Below are positions 11,287 to 21,492 of a stretch of DNA of 64,000 nucleotides, piece after piece. The notes beneath the pieces are model-generated. The model saw only the letters and a program-made list of their open reading frames with translations, was not told the origin of the DNA and ran no database searches. The position numbers and the translations under genes were made by a program. Source of the DNA: Terriglobia bacterium (GTDB lineage Bacteria > Acidobacteriota > Terriglobia > 2-12-FULL-54-10); NCBI GenBank assembly GCA_963666975.2, contig CAXVYR010000003.1:352001-416000 (forward strand), given 5' to 3'. Within the stretch, counting starts at the first letter, position 1; each line of letters starts with the position of its first letter.

Positions 11287-11428
11287 CCTCGTTGGGACGC
11301 AGACTGGAATAACTGGTTTGAAGAGTTGAAGCAGCGGGTGCCGACGGGGAACAACTGAAAAGCCTGAGCTTCGGCAGTCATCCAGGCACAGATCAAGGGA
11401 TTCCTGTCCTGACCGGCCGCAGCACCAT

Positions 11429-12205
11429 TCAGGGCTCGAGGGCCGGTTTGAGCCCGAGGCGCTGCCGGAGTTCGCGCGCCGTGAGTACCTTCACGTAGAC
11501 AGAGCTGCCACGGTCGAAGTCTTTGGCCCGAGCCAGCGGGCCCACCACTACCGGTTCGCAGCCGGCGTCCTCAACCAAGCGGGAGGCGACCGCCAGTGCA
11601 GCTTGGTCGTCGCCCGCAAGCGGGATCCCAACTCGTTCTCCGGCACGATGCGCCTCGCTGCTGAGAACTTTATAGTTGATGGCGTTGAATGCGCGGACGA
11701 GCCGCACGCCGGGTAGGAACTCGGCGGAGGCGACTCCTGTCCCCTTCGTCAATGCCTCCTCCGCCATTGGGCCGTCGCGTTCGGGATACGGGTTGCCGAC
11801 ATCGAGCACTACCTTGCCGGCGAGCTCGCCCGCCAGATCGCGACCGACCTGGGGGAGCGCTCCGTAGGGGATCGCGATCAAAATGACTTCGCCAAAGGCG
11901 GCCGCCTCCCGGGGCATTCCGGCTCGAGCACGAGGGCCCACTCGCTCGACGAGCTCCTTAAGCTGATCTGGATGGCGTGACGAAAACATAATCTCGTGGC
12001 CCGCTTTTGCCCAGAGCTCGCCCAGCGTGCCCCCCATTCTTCCCGATCCAATGATGCCGATCTTTATGCTCCGTGCTGGAGCGCTGGTACCAGTTTGCGG
12101 TGCCGCTGGCTGGGCGGCCAGCACCAGGCCCACGACTGCGATGCCGATGGTTCTGAGAAAGGGGACGCGTCTCCTGCCTAGCTTATCCATTATTCTTGTG
12201 ACCAC
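11429..12205 (-). CDS. NADP oxidoreductase, F420-dependent (FNO-like) family
   Basis: Rossmann KIGIIGSGRMG, MFSSRHP, D.GNPYP.RDG, VRAFN, IPLAGDD; N-terminal signal-like segment. Confidence 0.85.
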   Translation of the reverse strand: MVTRIMDKLGRRRVPFLRTIGIAVVGLVLAAQPAAPQTGTSAPARSIKIGIIGSGRMGGTLGELWAKAGHEIMFSSRHPDQLKELVERVGPRARAGMPREAAAFGEVILIAIPYGALPQVGRDLAGELAGKVVLDVGNPYPERDGPMAEEALTKGTGVASAEFLPGVRLVRAFNAINYKVLSSEAHRAGERVGIPLAGDDQAALAVASRLVEDAGCEPVVVGPLARAKDFDRGSSVYVKVLTARELRQRLGLKPALEP

Positions 12206-12376
12206 CTCTTTGAAGGAAAATTGGAGAATACGGCCACGGGCTGCGCGATCACCATTCCGTCTCCTTAGCAGGGATTGACCAGGCCGATATTCTGTATCAA
12301 TCCCAGTGATGAGGGTTAGCTACCGATTAGGTCTCTCCTCAGGCGAAGTTTCTCTGTGCCTCTTAGAGATAGCTTA

Positions 12377-13492
12377 GGCGCTGTTGCACGATTCAACCTT
12401 GGCGCGAGTCAGGCCGCTTTTCCAACGCCTCGTTCATGACAGCACGGCGTAGGACTTCGGCCTGCCGAGCTCGGCCATCCGGTTGAGGATGTGACACCCG
12501 ATCGTGGCCTCTCTCCTCTGCGCGTTGCTGTTCCTCGCCTGCAGGCTTCCTCCGAGCACTGACTTGTATCGGAAGAACCCGTTCTCAACGCGCGCCTGCT
12601 GTCGGTAGCCCGACTCCTTCTGCCACTCTCGTCGTCCGATCTTACGAATCCTCTGAAGAGCCGCTTCTCGTTGCGCCCACGGGCCGTCGGTGGGCCCCGC
12701 GTCCACCGCACAGCGACGAGGGGGGATCACGATCACGACGTCCTCTGTACCGGCCGCGCCGACCTGATCGTAGATCGACCTGTGGTCGTAGGCCCCGTCC
12801 GCCGTGAAACGCCGGATGGGAGCCTCGATCTGGTCGAGCAGATCCGGCAGGGCGGAGGCGTCGTCCCCGCTGCTCGTCGTGAGTTCGGCCGCCACAATGA
12901 ACCCCTCGTCATCCACTCCGATGTGCAGCTTTCGCCAGTCCCGGCGTTTCTTGGATGCCTTGTACTTGTGCGTGTTCCACTCGCCGCAACCCAGGATCTT
13001 GAGCCCCGTGGAATCGACGATCAGGTGGATCGGGCCGTCCTGGGCTCGGGTTAGGGGCGGCAGCTCAACGATTTGGTTCCGGCGCGAGAGTGTGGTGTGG
13101 TCCGGGGCCTTGAGGGCGAGGCCCATCCAGCTGAGCAGCGAGTCCAGGAAACCCTCGGTCTGGCGAAGCGGCAGGCGGAAGACGACCCGCAGCGTCAACG
13201 CGGTCAAGATCGCGAGGTTCGAGTACCGCCGCTGGCCTCCGCAGAGACCGTTCTTCGGCGGTGTCCACGCGGCGATCGCCTCCTCGCTCAGCCAGATCGT
13301 GACGTCGCCGCGGCTCCTGAGGCCAAGTTCGTATTCCCTCCAGTTCCGGATTCTGTACTTCGTCTTGTACTTGCGGTTGACTCGGCTCGACTTCCCTGCG
13401 GCCATGACGTTGCCCCCCTTGATCTCCATGATGGATCGGGACACCCAGCCAATGCTAGCATGGGAGCCGAGGCTGATTCATGCACCAACGCC
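12377..13492 (-). mobile_element. IS5-family (IS903 group) insertion sequence
   Basis: Imperfect IRs GGCGCTGTTGCACGATTCA / GGCGTTGGTGCATGAATCA; no target duplication visible. Confidence 0.85.
12434..13444 (-). CDS. IS5-family transposase
   Basis: NW.EY...L..RG, PDHTTLSRR, IVDSTGLK, WRKLH, ADGAYD, GYRQQARVENGFFRYK; true start may be ~13407. Confidence 0.93.
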   Translation of the reverse strand: MSRSIMEIKGGNVMAAGKSSRVNRKYKTKYRIRNWREYELGLRSRGDVTIWLSEEAIAAWTPPKNGLCGGQRRYSNLAILTALTLRVVFRLPLRQTEGFLDSLLSWMGLALKAPDHTTLSRRNQIVELPPLTRAQDGPIHLIVDSTGLKILGCGEWNTHKYKASKKRRDWRKLHIGVDDEGFIVAAELTTSSGDDASALPDLLDQIEAPIRRFTADGAYDHRSIYDQVGAAGTEDVVIVIPPRRCAVDAGPTDGPWAQREAALQRIRKIGRREWQKESGYRQQARVENGFFRYKSVLGGSLQARNSNAQRREATIGCHILNRMAELGRPKSYAVLS

Positions 13493-13597
13493 GGAACTAG
13501 GCTAGACCAGTACGAGGTCCGCGAGCTGATTAGTGCGGGCGGCATGGGCGAGGTCTACAAGGCCAGGGACAAGCACCTGGACCGAACAGTTGCCATA
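13493..13597 (+). pseudogene. Ser/Thr protein kinase N-terminal fragment
   Basis: GTRLDQYEVRELISAGGMGEVYKARDKHLDRTVAI (Gly-rich loop to VAIK), abutting the IS end. Confidence 0.8.
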
Positions 13598-13671
13598 CAT
13601 AACGGTTTTGTTGCTGTCCCCTCTGTCATGAGTCGGCTTCAAGACTTTCGCCGCCAGGGAAAATCGACACA

Positions 13672-16570
13672 ATGAAACGAACTCTTGTCTGGCTGAGTGT
13701 GGTTATAACCTTCGGGTTGCTCATCGAAATTGCTGCTCTCGCTCAAACCGGGACAGGAGTGCGGCCACTGCGGGAGGAAGCACCTGCCGCGACCGTGACC
13801 GTTACAGGCATAGGTAACGTTGCCGTCATCCAAGATGATGGGTCGCTGGTGGGGCATCAGAACCTGTTCAATCTCGACCAAAGCACGCTGCGCTTCACGC
13901 CTCGTCCGGAAGGCGGTTACTTCGTAGAAAAAATACCTCTGGTTTGGGACGACGACCCCGGCACGCCCATCAGCTACGAAACTCAATACAGCATCGACTC
14001 TCGAGAAGTCCAGTTTGAATCCATGTTCTTCCCTTTCGGTGGAACGAGTTGGAACTCCCTGTTCATAAACAGCACAGGAAGCATCGCTTTCGGCTATAAC
14101 GAAAGCCAAGAGGGCCGCCCCAGGGAGTTCATTTTCGATGACTTTTCCGCGATCTTGGCAGGTAGCGGAGCACTCATGATTGCACCCCTATGGCACAGGT
14201 TTTCTTTCGATCCCAGCCGGACCTTTTTTAAAGAGATGCAGGACAGGGTCGTCATTACCTGGGATGTCACAGAGATCTTTGGCAACTCATTTTCTTTCTC
14301 CAGAACAGCCAATGAAAATCTGTTTCAGGCAGTCTTGCTAAGCTCCGGCGAGATTCTGCTGTCCTACAATGGCATTTCAACGTTGGATGGGATCACAGGC
14401 GTCTTCCCCGGTATTAAGTCGATCAATCCCCATTTCGACGAATCAAGACCCCCAAGATTTGGAAACTCCTGCACACCTAGATATCGTGAGCGGTCGAGTG
14501 GAGCAGGTCGATGAGTTGAACTTGCGATTCACGTACGATCTACGGGGCGTGATTCCGCCGCCCCGTGAGGGCTTGACGTATCGCTTTGACATCGATATCG
14601 ATCCCCCGTTCGTTGCTGGCGGTATCAACTTCGACGCAGCCGACTGTGTCGTCACCGTGAACGGCTCGCCGAGCGGCTGGCAAGCCACTCACTGCCGAGG
14701 CGAAACCTCATTTGTCATACAAAACAATCAGGTATCTGCACTGCTGCCTCTGAGTGTCATTGGCTTTCCACAGCAATTTAAATGGTTCGGCGATGCGGTC
14801 GATTTCTTCGGCTCGAGATGCTGTAATTTCGACCAAATTCCGACAGTGGTTGCGTCCCCCACTGACTTTGGAGGAAATCGGGAAATTTCGTTTTCTGCCA
14901 GCCTCCTCCGGATTGTGGGTTCCGGTGCGATCTTTGAATCCTTTCACTACCCCGTTCTGCTTGCCAGCGGTGAATCGCTTGCGAAACTTTTTTATCAGAC
15001 ATTTCCGGATTCCGTTGATTTTTTGGCTCTACTCACAAGTATGCGTTTTGACAAGCAAGAGCTCGGCGCGGGTGGCTGGGGCGCTCAGAATACTTCCATA
15101 AGCGGAATCGGCGTTGGGTACGACGGAGCTGCCAATTTTGGGAGTGCAGGCCGACTTCAGGGGGGGATACATCCGAGCTGGGTTAACGGTCCTTTTCTTT
15201 ACGATCGGGCGGGTGAAGACGCTCTCGGTTCCTTTGACAACTATGCTAGGGCTATGGCTTTTATCTCACACGAAATAGGCCACCGCTGGCTTGCGTTTCT
15301 GGATTTCATTGACGACAGCGGTGTTAGCCGCCCTCTGCACGATGTGTTTGGCCATTGGCTCGGCAATGTACCTATTCAGTCTGCTGTAACTTTCAAAGAA
15401 ACTTATGAAGCCTCGCCCATGCAGGGGGGGCCCTTTTGGGTGGAAAATAACGATGGCACTTTCACAGACTACATCCAAAGCTCACCCTCAGGGTACGGAT
15501 TTCTGGATCTTTATGCGATGGGTCTGATGCGACCGGAAGAGGTTCCGGACTTTTTCCTGCTCGAGAATATCTCGGAGTCCAACGCCGTCAATCCCCGGCG
15601 GACTGTGCGGGCAGAAAAAAAGGTAATTTCAATCGACCAGGTCATTGCAGCCATGGGACCGCGTCTTCCCTCGGCTACGGACTCCCAGAAAAGTTTCTCC
15701 ACAGCTTTCATTCTGCTTGTGCCGAATGGGACACAACCGACAGGCGAGGATTTGAATAAAGTGGAGGAGATCCGTCTGCAATGGGAAGAGTATTTCAGGA
15801 AGGCCACGGGCGGCCGCGCCACCATGTCAACCACCCTGGTGACGGCCCCGCCGCCGACCCCACAGGTTACATCCGCAGGTGTCGTCCATGCTGCCAGTTT
15901 TATAACGGGGCCGGTTGCTCCAGGCCAAATCGTTTCCGTCTTCGGCTCCGGTGTCGGACCGAGCACCGCTGCTGGTGGCAGGCTTGATTTTGCCGGTGGT
16001 GTAGATTCGTTTGTCGGAGACACCAAGGTCCTCTTTGACGGCATTCCTGCCCCTTTGGTCTACGTGCAAGGCGGTCAAGTCAATGCAATTGTTCCCTATT
16101 CAGTTGCAGGGAGAACTACTACGCAGCTGGAGATGGAGTATCTGGGGGTGAAATCCAATCCTATTGCACTATCGGTTGCGGATGCGGTCCCGGGAATCTT
16201 TACCGTGGCTGGGGGGATAGGCCAGGCCGCGATGCTGAATGAGAACGGGAGCTTCAATTCCCCCTCAAGCCCAGCGACGAAAGGTTCTATCGTGACGATG
16301 TTTGCCACAGGCGAAGGGCAGACGGACCCGCCAGGGATAGACGGGATGCTTTCTGCTGATCCACTGCCGAAGCCGCAGCTTCCTGTATCTCTACGGATCG
16401 GCGGGCTCACGGCTGAGGTCCTCTACGCGGGCGCCGCCCCTGGCTTTGCAGGCCTTTTGCAAGTCAACGCCCGTGTTCCCAACGACGTCGCTGCTATGGA
16501 TGACGTCGAGGTTCTACTGACTATCGGCAGTTCGACAAGTCAATCCGGCGTAACCATGGCCGTGCGTTAG
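13672..16570 (+). CDS. Secreted zinc metalloprotease-like protein (nidogen-like N-domain, HExxH, Solibacter-type C-terminal domain); split by a 1-nt frameshift near 14428
   Basis: Signal peptide; FPFGG..WNSLFINSTG, IAPLW; HEIGHRW; DLYAMGL; VVHAASF..APGFAGLLQVN; removing one C from CCCC at 14428-14431 joins ORFs 13672 and 14369. Confidence 0.75.
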
Positions 16571-16789
16571 TTGAAGTATTTCGTCCTAACCATTGAAATG
16601 CCCTTGGTCGACGCAAAATCGAAGTGCAAGAACTTCGCCTCCACGATTACTCCCGTGTAACGGCGAAGGGTAGAGTAATCCTGCCCGCCGGATTAGAAAG
16701 CGGTATCCTGAGAGTGTCCGGCAACCTGTCGAGTCTCTGGATTGGCGTGTCGGAGGTGGGGAAGCGAAATCTACTAAACGGAGCGCCCG

Positions 16790-17182
16790 GTGAGTAATCC
16801 ACGATTTCCAAAGATGCGAGAAGCTTTCCGATATGCCAGCAACCATGAATCTCAAAATCTTTGCCGGTTTTGTGGCGTGGTGGTGCCAAGAGGTCGACTA
16901 TATTGGTGTTCTAATAATTGCGTCACGGCCGCACGGCTACAAAATGACTGGAAGTTGATTCGTGAAGCGGTCTTCCGGCGCGATAAGTATACCTGCCGGA
17001 AATGCGGTCGGAGTCGAGTTGATAAGGGATTCGTGCCTGAGTGCCATCACCTGATTTCAGTTGTGGAGGGTGGCAAGCACGATTTGGCCAACCTCGTAAC
17101 GCTTTGCTCGCTCTGTCACAAGGAGGAAACCTCCAAGTTGAGGACTCTGCTGTCCGCCAGGAAGTCCACTGCAGACCAATAA
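16790..17182 (+). CDS. HNH endonuclease with N-terminal Cys motifs
   Basis: CRFCG..WCSNNC; AVFRRDKYTCRKCG; ECHH....GG..DLANLVTLCSLCH. Confidence 0.85.
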   Translation: MSNPRFPKMREAFRYASNHESQNLCRFCGVVVPRGRLYWCSNNCVTAARLQNDWKLIREAVFRRDKYTCRKCGRSRVDKGFVPECHHLISVVEGGKHDLANLVTLCSLCHKEETSKLRTLLSARKSTADQ

Positions 17183-17241
17183 CAATCGAAGCTGTAATTC
17201 CCTTGCTTGTCATGAAGCCATGTCCGATTCAACAAATCGGC

Positions 17242-17496
17242 CTACTTTCCCAACTCCCCGACCCACTGCAGAAACAGGCTTTCGATATACGGCACGACCT
17301 GCTGAGACCGCGCCGCCAGATTCGCTGCTCGATTGAAATCTCTCGTCTCAACAAGGATATTTATAGAGGTTCCCGCATTGCGAGCCGTTATGTGCCACGC
17401 CTCTCGCCGATCATCGAAAATCCGGTGCACGACCGCAGAAAGTTCTTCTTCGAAGTTTTGATCGTTAAGTTCGCATTCAATGGACACGGACATCAA
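17242..17496 (-). CDS. Hypothetical small protein
   Basis: RBS-like AAGGGGA upstream; protein-like composition; no recognised motif. Confidence 0.5.
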   Translation of the reverse strand: MMSVSIECELNDQNFEEELSAVVHRIFDDRREAWHITARNAGTSINILVETRDFNRAANLAARSQQVVPYIESLFLQWVGELGK

Positions 17497-17703
17497 AGGA
17501 ATCCCCTTTCCCTGTCATCGGGCATTGAGCCCAGAAAGTTTTTCCATTTTCGCACTGTCTAATCTTCTCGTCAAAACTACCCACTCCAGATCTTCGCGGC
17601 TCGAACCGCCGGTGCTTTCGCATTTGGAATGGCCGATCAAGCCCAATTTTCCAGGGTATGCTCTGCACAGTAGGGACCAAGTGATCCTTATAACCAGGCG
17701 GGA

Positions 17704-18543
17704 GTGGAGGCCTATCAGCAAGGGGATTATCCCGAGGCGGAGAAGCAGTTCTTGGCTGCCCTCCAGGAAGCGGAAAAGTTTGGTCCTGAAGAACCCCGAC
17801 TGGCCACCAGCCTCAATAATCTGGCGGTGCTTTATAACGCCCAGGGCAAGTACGCGGAGGCCGAGCCGCTCTACCGGCGGGCGCTGGCGATCCGTGAGAA
17901 GACCTTGGGACCGGAGCAGCCCGATGTGGGTCAGAGCCTCAACAACCTGGCAGAGCTATACCGTACCCAGGGGAAATATGCCGAGGCTGAGCGGCAGTTT
18001 ATGAGGGCGTTAGCGATCGTGGAGAAAGCCCTAGGCCCGGAGCATCCCAACGTGGCCACAACCCTCAACAACCTGGCGTTGCTGTACGACACCCAGGGGA
18101 AATATGCCGAGGCCGAGCCACTATACCAGCGGGCATTGGCAATTGACGAAAAAGCCCTGGGAAGAGACCATCCGGACGTAGCAACAGACCTCAACAACCT
18201 GGCGGCGCTGTACGACACCCAGGGGAAATATGCCGAGGCCGAGCCGCTATACCAGCGGGCATTGGCAATTGTGGAGAAAGCCCTGGGCCCGGAGCATCCT
18301 GCCGTGGCCACAACCCTCAACAACCTGGCAGAGCTATACCGTACCCAGGGGAAATATGCCGAGGCTGAGCGGCAGTTTATGAGGGCGTTAGCGATCGTGG
18401 AGAAAGCCCTAGGCCCGGAGCATCCCAATGTGGCCCTGGTCCTGGAGAACTACGCTTTGCTGCTACGAAAGATGAACCGGGAGGCCGAGGCGGTGGAAAT
18501 GGAAGCCCGCGCCCAGGCTATCCGGGAAAAGAACGCCCAGTAG
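17704..18543 (+). CDS. Tetratricopeptide repeat protein (kinesin-light-chain type), N-terminus apparently degraded
   Basis: 42-aa repeats HP.VA..LNNLA.LY..QGKYAEAEPLYQRALAI.EKALG; upstream frame interrupted by a stop. Confidence 0.88.
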   Translation: MEAYQQGDYPEAEKQFLAALQEAEKFGPEEPRLATSLNNLAVLYNAQGKYAEAEPLYRRALAIREKTLGPEQPDVGQSLNNLAELYRTQGKYAEAERQFMRALAIVEKALGPEHPNVATTLNNLALLYDTQGKYAEAEPLYQRALAIDEKALGRDHPDVATDLNNLAALYDTQGKYAEAEPLYQRALAIVEKALGPEHPAVATTLNNLAELYRTQGKYAEAERQFMRALAIVEKALGPEHPNVALVLENYALLLRKMNREAEAVEMEARAQAIREKNAQ

Positions 18544-18622
18544 AACCATCCCCATGGAAACTTGCTATGGGAGTACAATCCAGCCAACGCTAACCCGCCT
18601 ACATGGCAATTTTGGAGGCATT

Positions 18623-19078
18623 ATGCGACACGCCTGCAAAGGATTCCTGCTTCTTGCCTTTCTGATCCCGCATCTAGCCTGCACAAGGGCTGCACACGAG
18701 GCGCTGAGTTTGGCAGCATGGATGAACAACACCGTTGCCGTGCGGGCCTTGCTCGCTGCAGGGGCAAATGTCGATGCCAAAAACGAGGACGGATGGACGG
18801 CCTTGATGAGGGCGGCATTGCATGGCCACACCGCTACCGTGCAAGCCTTGCTTGAAGCGGGCGCAGACGTCAATTCCAAAGAACCGACTAAAGTGACCGT
18901 CTTGATGGTGACGGCAGACAATGGCCACACTGATACTGTTCAAACCTTGCTCGAAGCCGGCGCAGACGTCAATGCCAAAGACGATGAGGGATGGACGGCC
19001 TTGATGTGGGCTCAGGATAGGGTGCACACCGAAGTGGTTGAAATCCTCAAGAAGGCCGGGGCCAAGGAGGCCAAATGA
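18623..19078 (+). CDS. Ankyrin repeat protein, putative lipoprotein
   Basis: GWTALM.A...GHT.TVQ.LLEAGADVN repeats; GGAGG RBS before MRHACK; HLAC lipobox-like. Confidence 0.88.
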   Translation: MRHACKGFLLLAFLIPHLACTRAAHEALSLAAWMNNTVAVRALLAAGANVDAKNEDGWTALMRAALHGHTATVQALLEAGADVNSKEPTKVTVLMVTADNGHTDTVQTLLEAGADVNAKDDEGWTALMWAQDRVHTEVVEILKKAGAKEAK

Positions 19079-20184
19079 ACAGGCAGACACGTTTGCCGCG
19101 GGTTGGAGTTTTGTGCGTGATGCTGATAACTGCCCCGTTCATTGCGTGGGGACAGTCTGCTGACTCGCCGAAGGCTCGCAGCGCGCCGGAGGAATTTCAA
19201 GCGGACCTGGAGCGGCGCGGGTTTAGCGAGCAGGACCTCCGCAAGGAGATTAGCCAGAACCTGAGCATCCAAAATCTGGAGGAAAATCAGGTCAATGGCA
19301 GGATCGAGGTCACCGATGCGGAGGTGAGCAGCTTTTACGAAGCAAACAAGGAGTCGTTCAATATCAAGGAAACCCAGTACCGCATCGGCCAGATTGCCGT
19401 CAGCCCCAATCCCGACGCGCCTTTCGCCAATTTGAAAAATGACAAGGCAAGAAACGAAGATCAGGCTAGCAAGAAAATCCAGCTTCTGGCGAGAAAATTG
19501 GAGGCCGGAGAGGAATTTCAGCAAGTGGCGCGGGAATACTCCGAGCACCCGGGGGCAGCCCAGACGGGCGGCGACTTCGGCTACCATCCCGCCTCGGCAC
19601 TCGACCCCCTGGGGCCGGATTTGAAGATATCCCTCCTGGCGCTTGAGGTGGGCGAGATCACCCCTGTGATTCGGGTGACGGACGGATACATGATCCTGAA
19701 GCTCCTCGGAAAACGGGAGCCGGGCCAGCGCGAGCTGGAAGACCCGGAGGTGCAGCAGAGCATCCGCCAGGAGATCAGGAATCGCAAGTTGGTAGCTACA
19801 CAAGCACCCGCTCAAGAAAATCTCTGGGAGACATACATGAAAGCCGCAACTGAGGCGTATCAGCAAGCCAATTATGCCGAGGTGGAAAAGCAGTTGTCGG
19901 CTGCGCTCCAGGAAGCGGAAAAATTCGGTCCTGAAGACCCCCGCTTGGCCACCAGCCTCAATAATCTGGCGGTGCTTTATAACGCCCAGGGCAAGTACGT
20001 GGAGGCCGAGCCGCTCCATCAGCGGGCCCTGGCGATTGTGGAGAAAGCCCTGGGGCCAGAGCATCCAAACGTGGCCGAGAGCCTGGAAAACTACGCAGCC
20101 CTTCTACACAAAATGGGGCGCAATGACGAGGCAGCAAGACTGGAAGCCCGCGCCCAGGCCATCCGGGAAAAGAACGCCCAATAG
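19075..20184 (+). CDS. Parvulin-type peptidyl-prolyl isomerase fused to C-terminal TPR repeats
   Basis: Signal peptide; EEFQQVAREYSE..GGDFG..L.VGEITPVI; C-terminal LATSLNNLAVLY TPRs; ATGA overlap with ankyrin gene. Confidence 0.8.
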   Translation: MNRQTRLPRVGVLCVMLITAPFIAWGQSADSPKARSAPEEFQADLERRGFSEQDLRKEISQNLSIQNLEENQVNGRIEVTDAEVSSFYEANKESFNIKETQYRIGQIAVSPNPDAPFANLKNDKARNEDQASKKIQLLARKLEAGEEFQQVAREYSEHPGAAQTGGDFGYHPASALDPLGPDLKISLLALEVGEITPVIRVTDGYMILKLLGKREPGQRELEDPEVQQSIRQEIRNRKLVATQAPAQENLWETYMKAATEAYQQANYAEVEKQLSAALQEAEKFGPEDPRLATSLNNLAVLYNAQGKYVEAEPLHQRALAIVEKALGPEHPNVAESLENYAALLHKMGRNDEAARLEARAQAIREKNAQ

Positions 20185-20402
20185 AACCCGCAAGAATAAA
20201 GTGAAAGTGGTTTTAGTCGGAATAACCAAGAAGCAATCTCACCGCTGGCAGGCTGTGGCTGCGGTTCCTTAAAAGAAAAAGTGCCGAGCCAGTAAAGTAA
20301 GCCACCACACCCCTTTTAAATCGTTGCCCGCCGAATCGTTAGATGGCTGTTAGATGAGACAACTAAAGGGCTAGAGCGATCAGCCCTAACCCATTGATTC
20401 TT

Positions 20403-20479
<77 letters not shown>

Positions 20480-20563
20480 AAGGCAGTATACCTTAAGCGT
20501 GATTTTTCACCAAGTTGTTTCCTGGCAATGAGCTTGCGGAAATGGGGCAGGGAAGTCATGGGC

Positions 20564-20813
20564 TTAAATTGGGCGGACTAGTTGCCCGTCAGGGGCTGTT
20601 TTTGTAACAGTTTGTAAGAAATCTCCGAACAACTTTTGTTCCAAGGCACGAGCAGCTTCTGGAGTGGCCTTGTTGACGTGCGTGTAGAGTTCAGTCGTTT
20701 TCGAGTTGGTATGCCCTAGATACATTCTTGCCGCCTTCAGGTCGCGGGTTTCCCGGTAAATCAGGGTGGAAGCCGTATGGCGAAATACGTGCCAGCCATG
20801 GGACCTCTTCTCC
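20564..20813 (-). pseudogene. Tyrosine recombinase/integrase C-terminal fragment
   Basis: HVFRHT (HxxR), LGHT...TELYTH (catalytic H/Y); 5' part replaced by IS3 remnant. Confidence 0.85.
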
Positions 20814-21235
20814 CGCACACGCCCGCTGCTCGCTTACCCGATAGCCCCCGCACAGGTATCCCGCTACCGGGCGGCGTCGCGAGGGCTTCAGAATTTTTTT
20901 GCCAAAACGTCCTGCAACATCGTTTTGTCCAAAGTTAGATCGGCCACCAACCGCTTCAGCCGTTGGTTCTCTTCCTGCATCTGCTTCAGCTGCCGGACCT
21001 GGTCGATCTCCAGCCCCACGTACTGTTTCTTCCACCGGTAGAACGTTTGCTCCGAGATCCCTACCTTCCGGATCAGTTCCCCCACCGGCACCCCCACTTC
21101 TGCCTGCTTCAACACTCCCACGATCTGCTCCACAGAAAATCGCTTCCGTTTCACGGCTTCTCCCCCCTTCTTCTGGTCATAGATTCTGCCGCAAAACTCA
21201 CTCTCAACTTGGCTCAAAAAACCGGGGGCCGGTCA
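20814..21235 (-). mobile_element. IS3-family remnant: left end, complete orfA (21154-20888), frameshift site, first codons of orfB
   Basis: TGACCGGCCCC end; KRKRFSVEQIV..ISEQTFYRWKKQY..EENQRLKRLVADL; A7 slippery run; orfB SEQRAC then cut. Confidence 0.88.
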
Positions 21236-21492
21236 CTGCCGAAGCCGTCTCGGAGAAAAAATCGTTTATGGAGGTCTCGGTTGGACGCAGTGAGGTATAT
21301 ACTCTCGGTGTGAACGCCAAAAAGGAAATTTCGGTACAAATACGCGCGCCACAATGCTAGTTCGCCGATTCCGCCGTCTGCTAGAATACGCCCTCAATCG
21401 AGTGAAAGATTGCGACTTGCACTATCGGGGCTGAAAAGTACCGTTTCTTAAAAGACTAGATGCCAGTCCGGCATGAGTAACAGGAGGAAATT

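Noticed and set aside
6853-18500. CRISPR-like periodic repeats
   Set aside because: The periodicity is from coding NHL and TPR repeats; no repeat-spacer array or cas genes
6059-20347. 14-bp direct repeat AATCGTTAGATGGC as island boundaries
   Set aside because: Matches of this length are expected by chance in 64 kb, and the left copy is explained by the attC end
20564-20813. Integron integrase for the attC cassettes
   Set aside because: The fragment lacks the IntI-type HSFATHLL/DIRTVQELLGH pattern and is far from both cassettes
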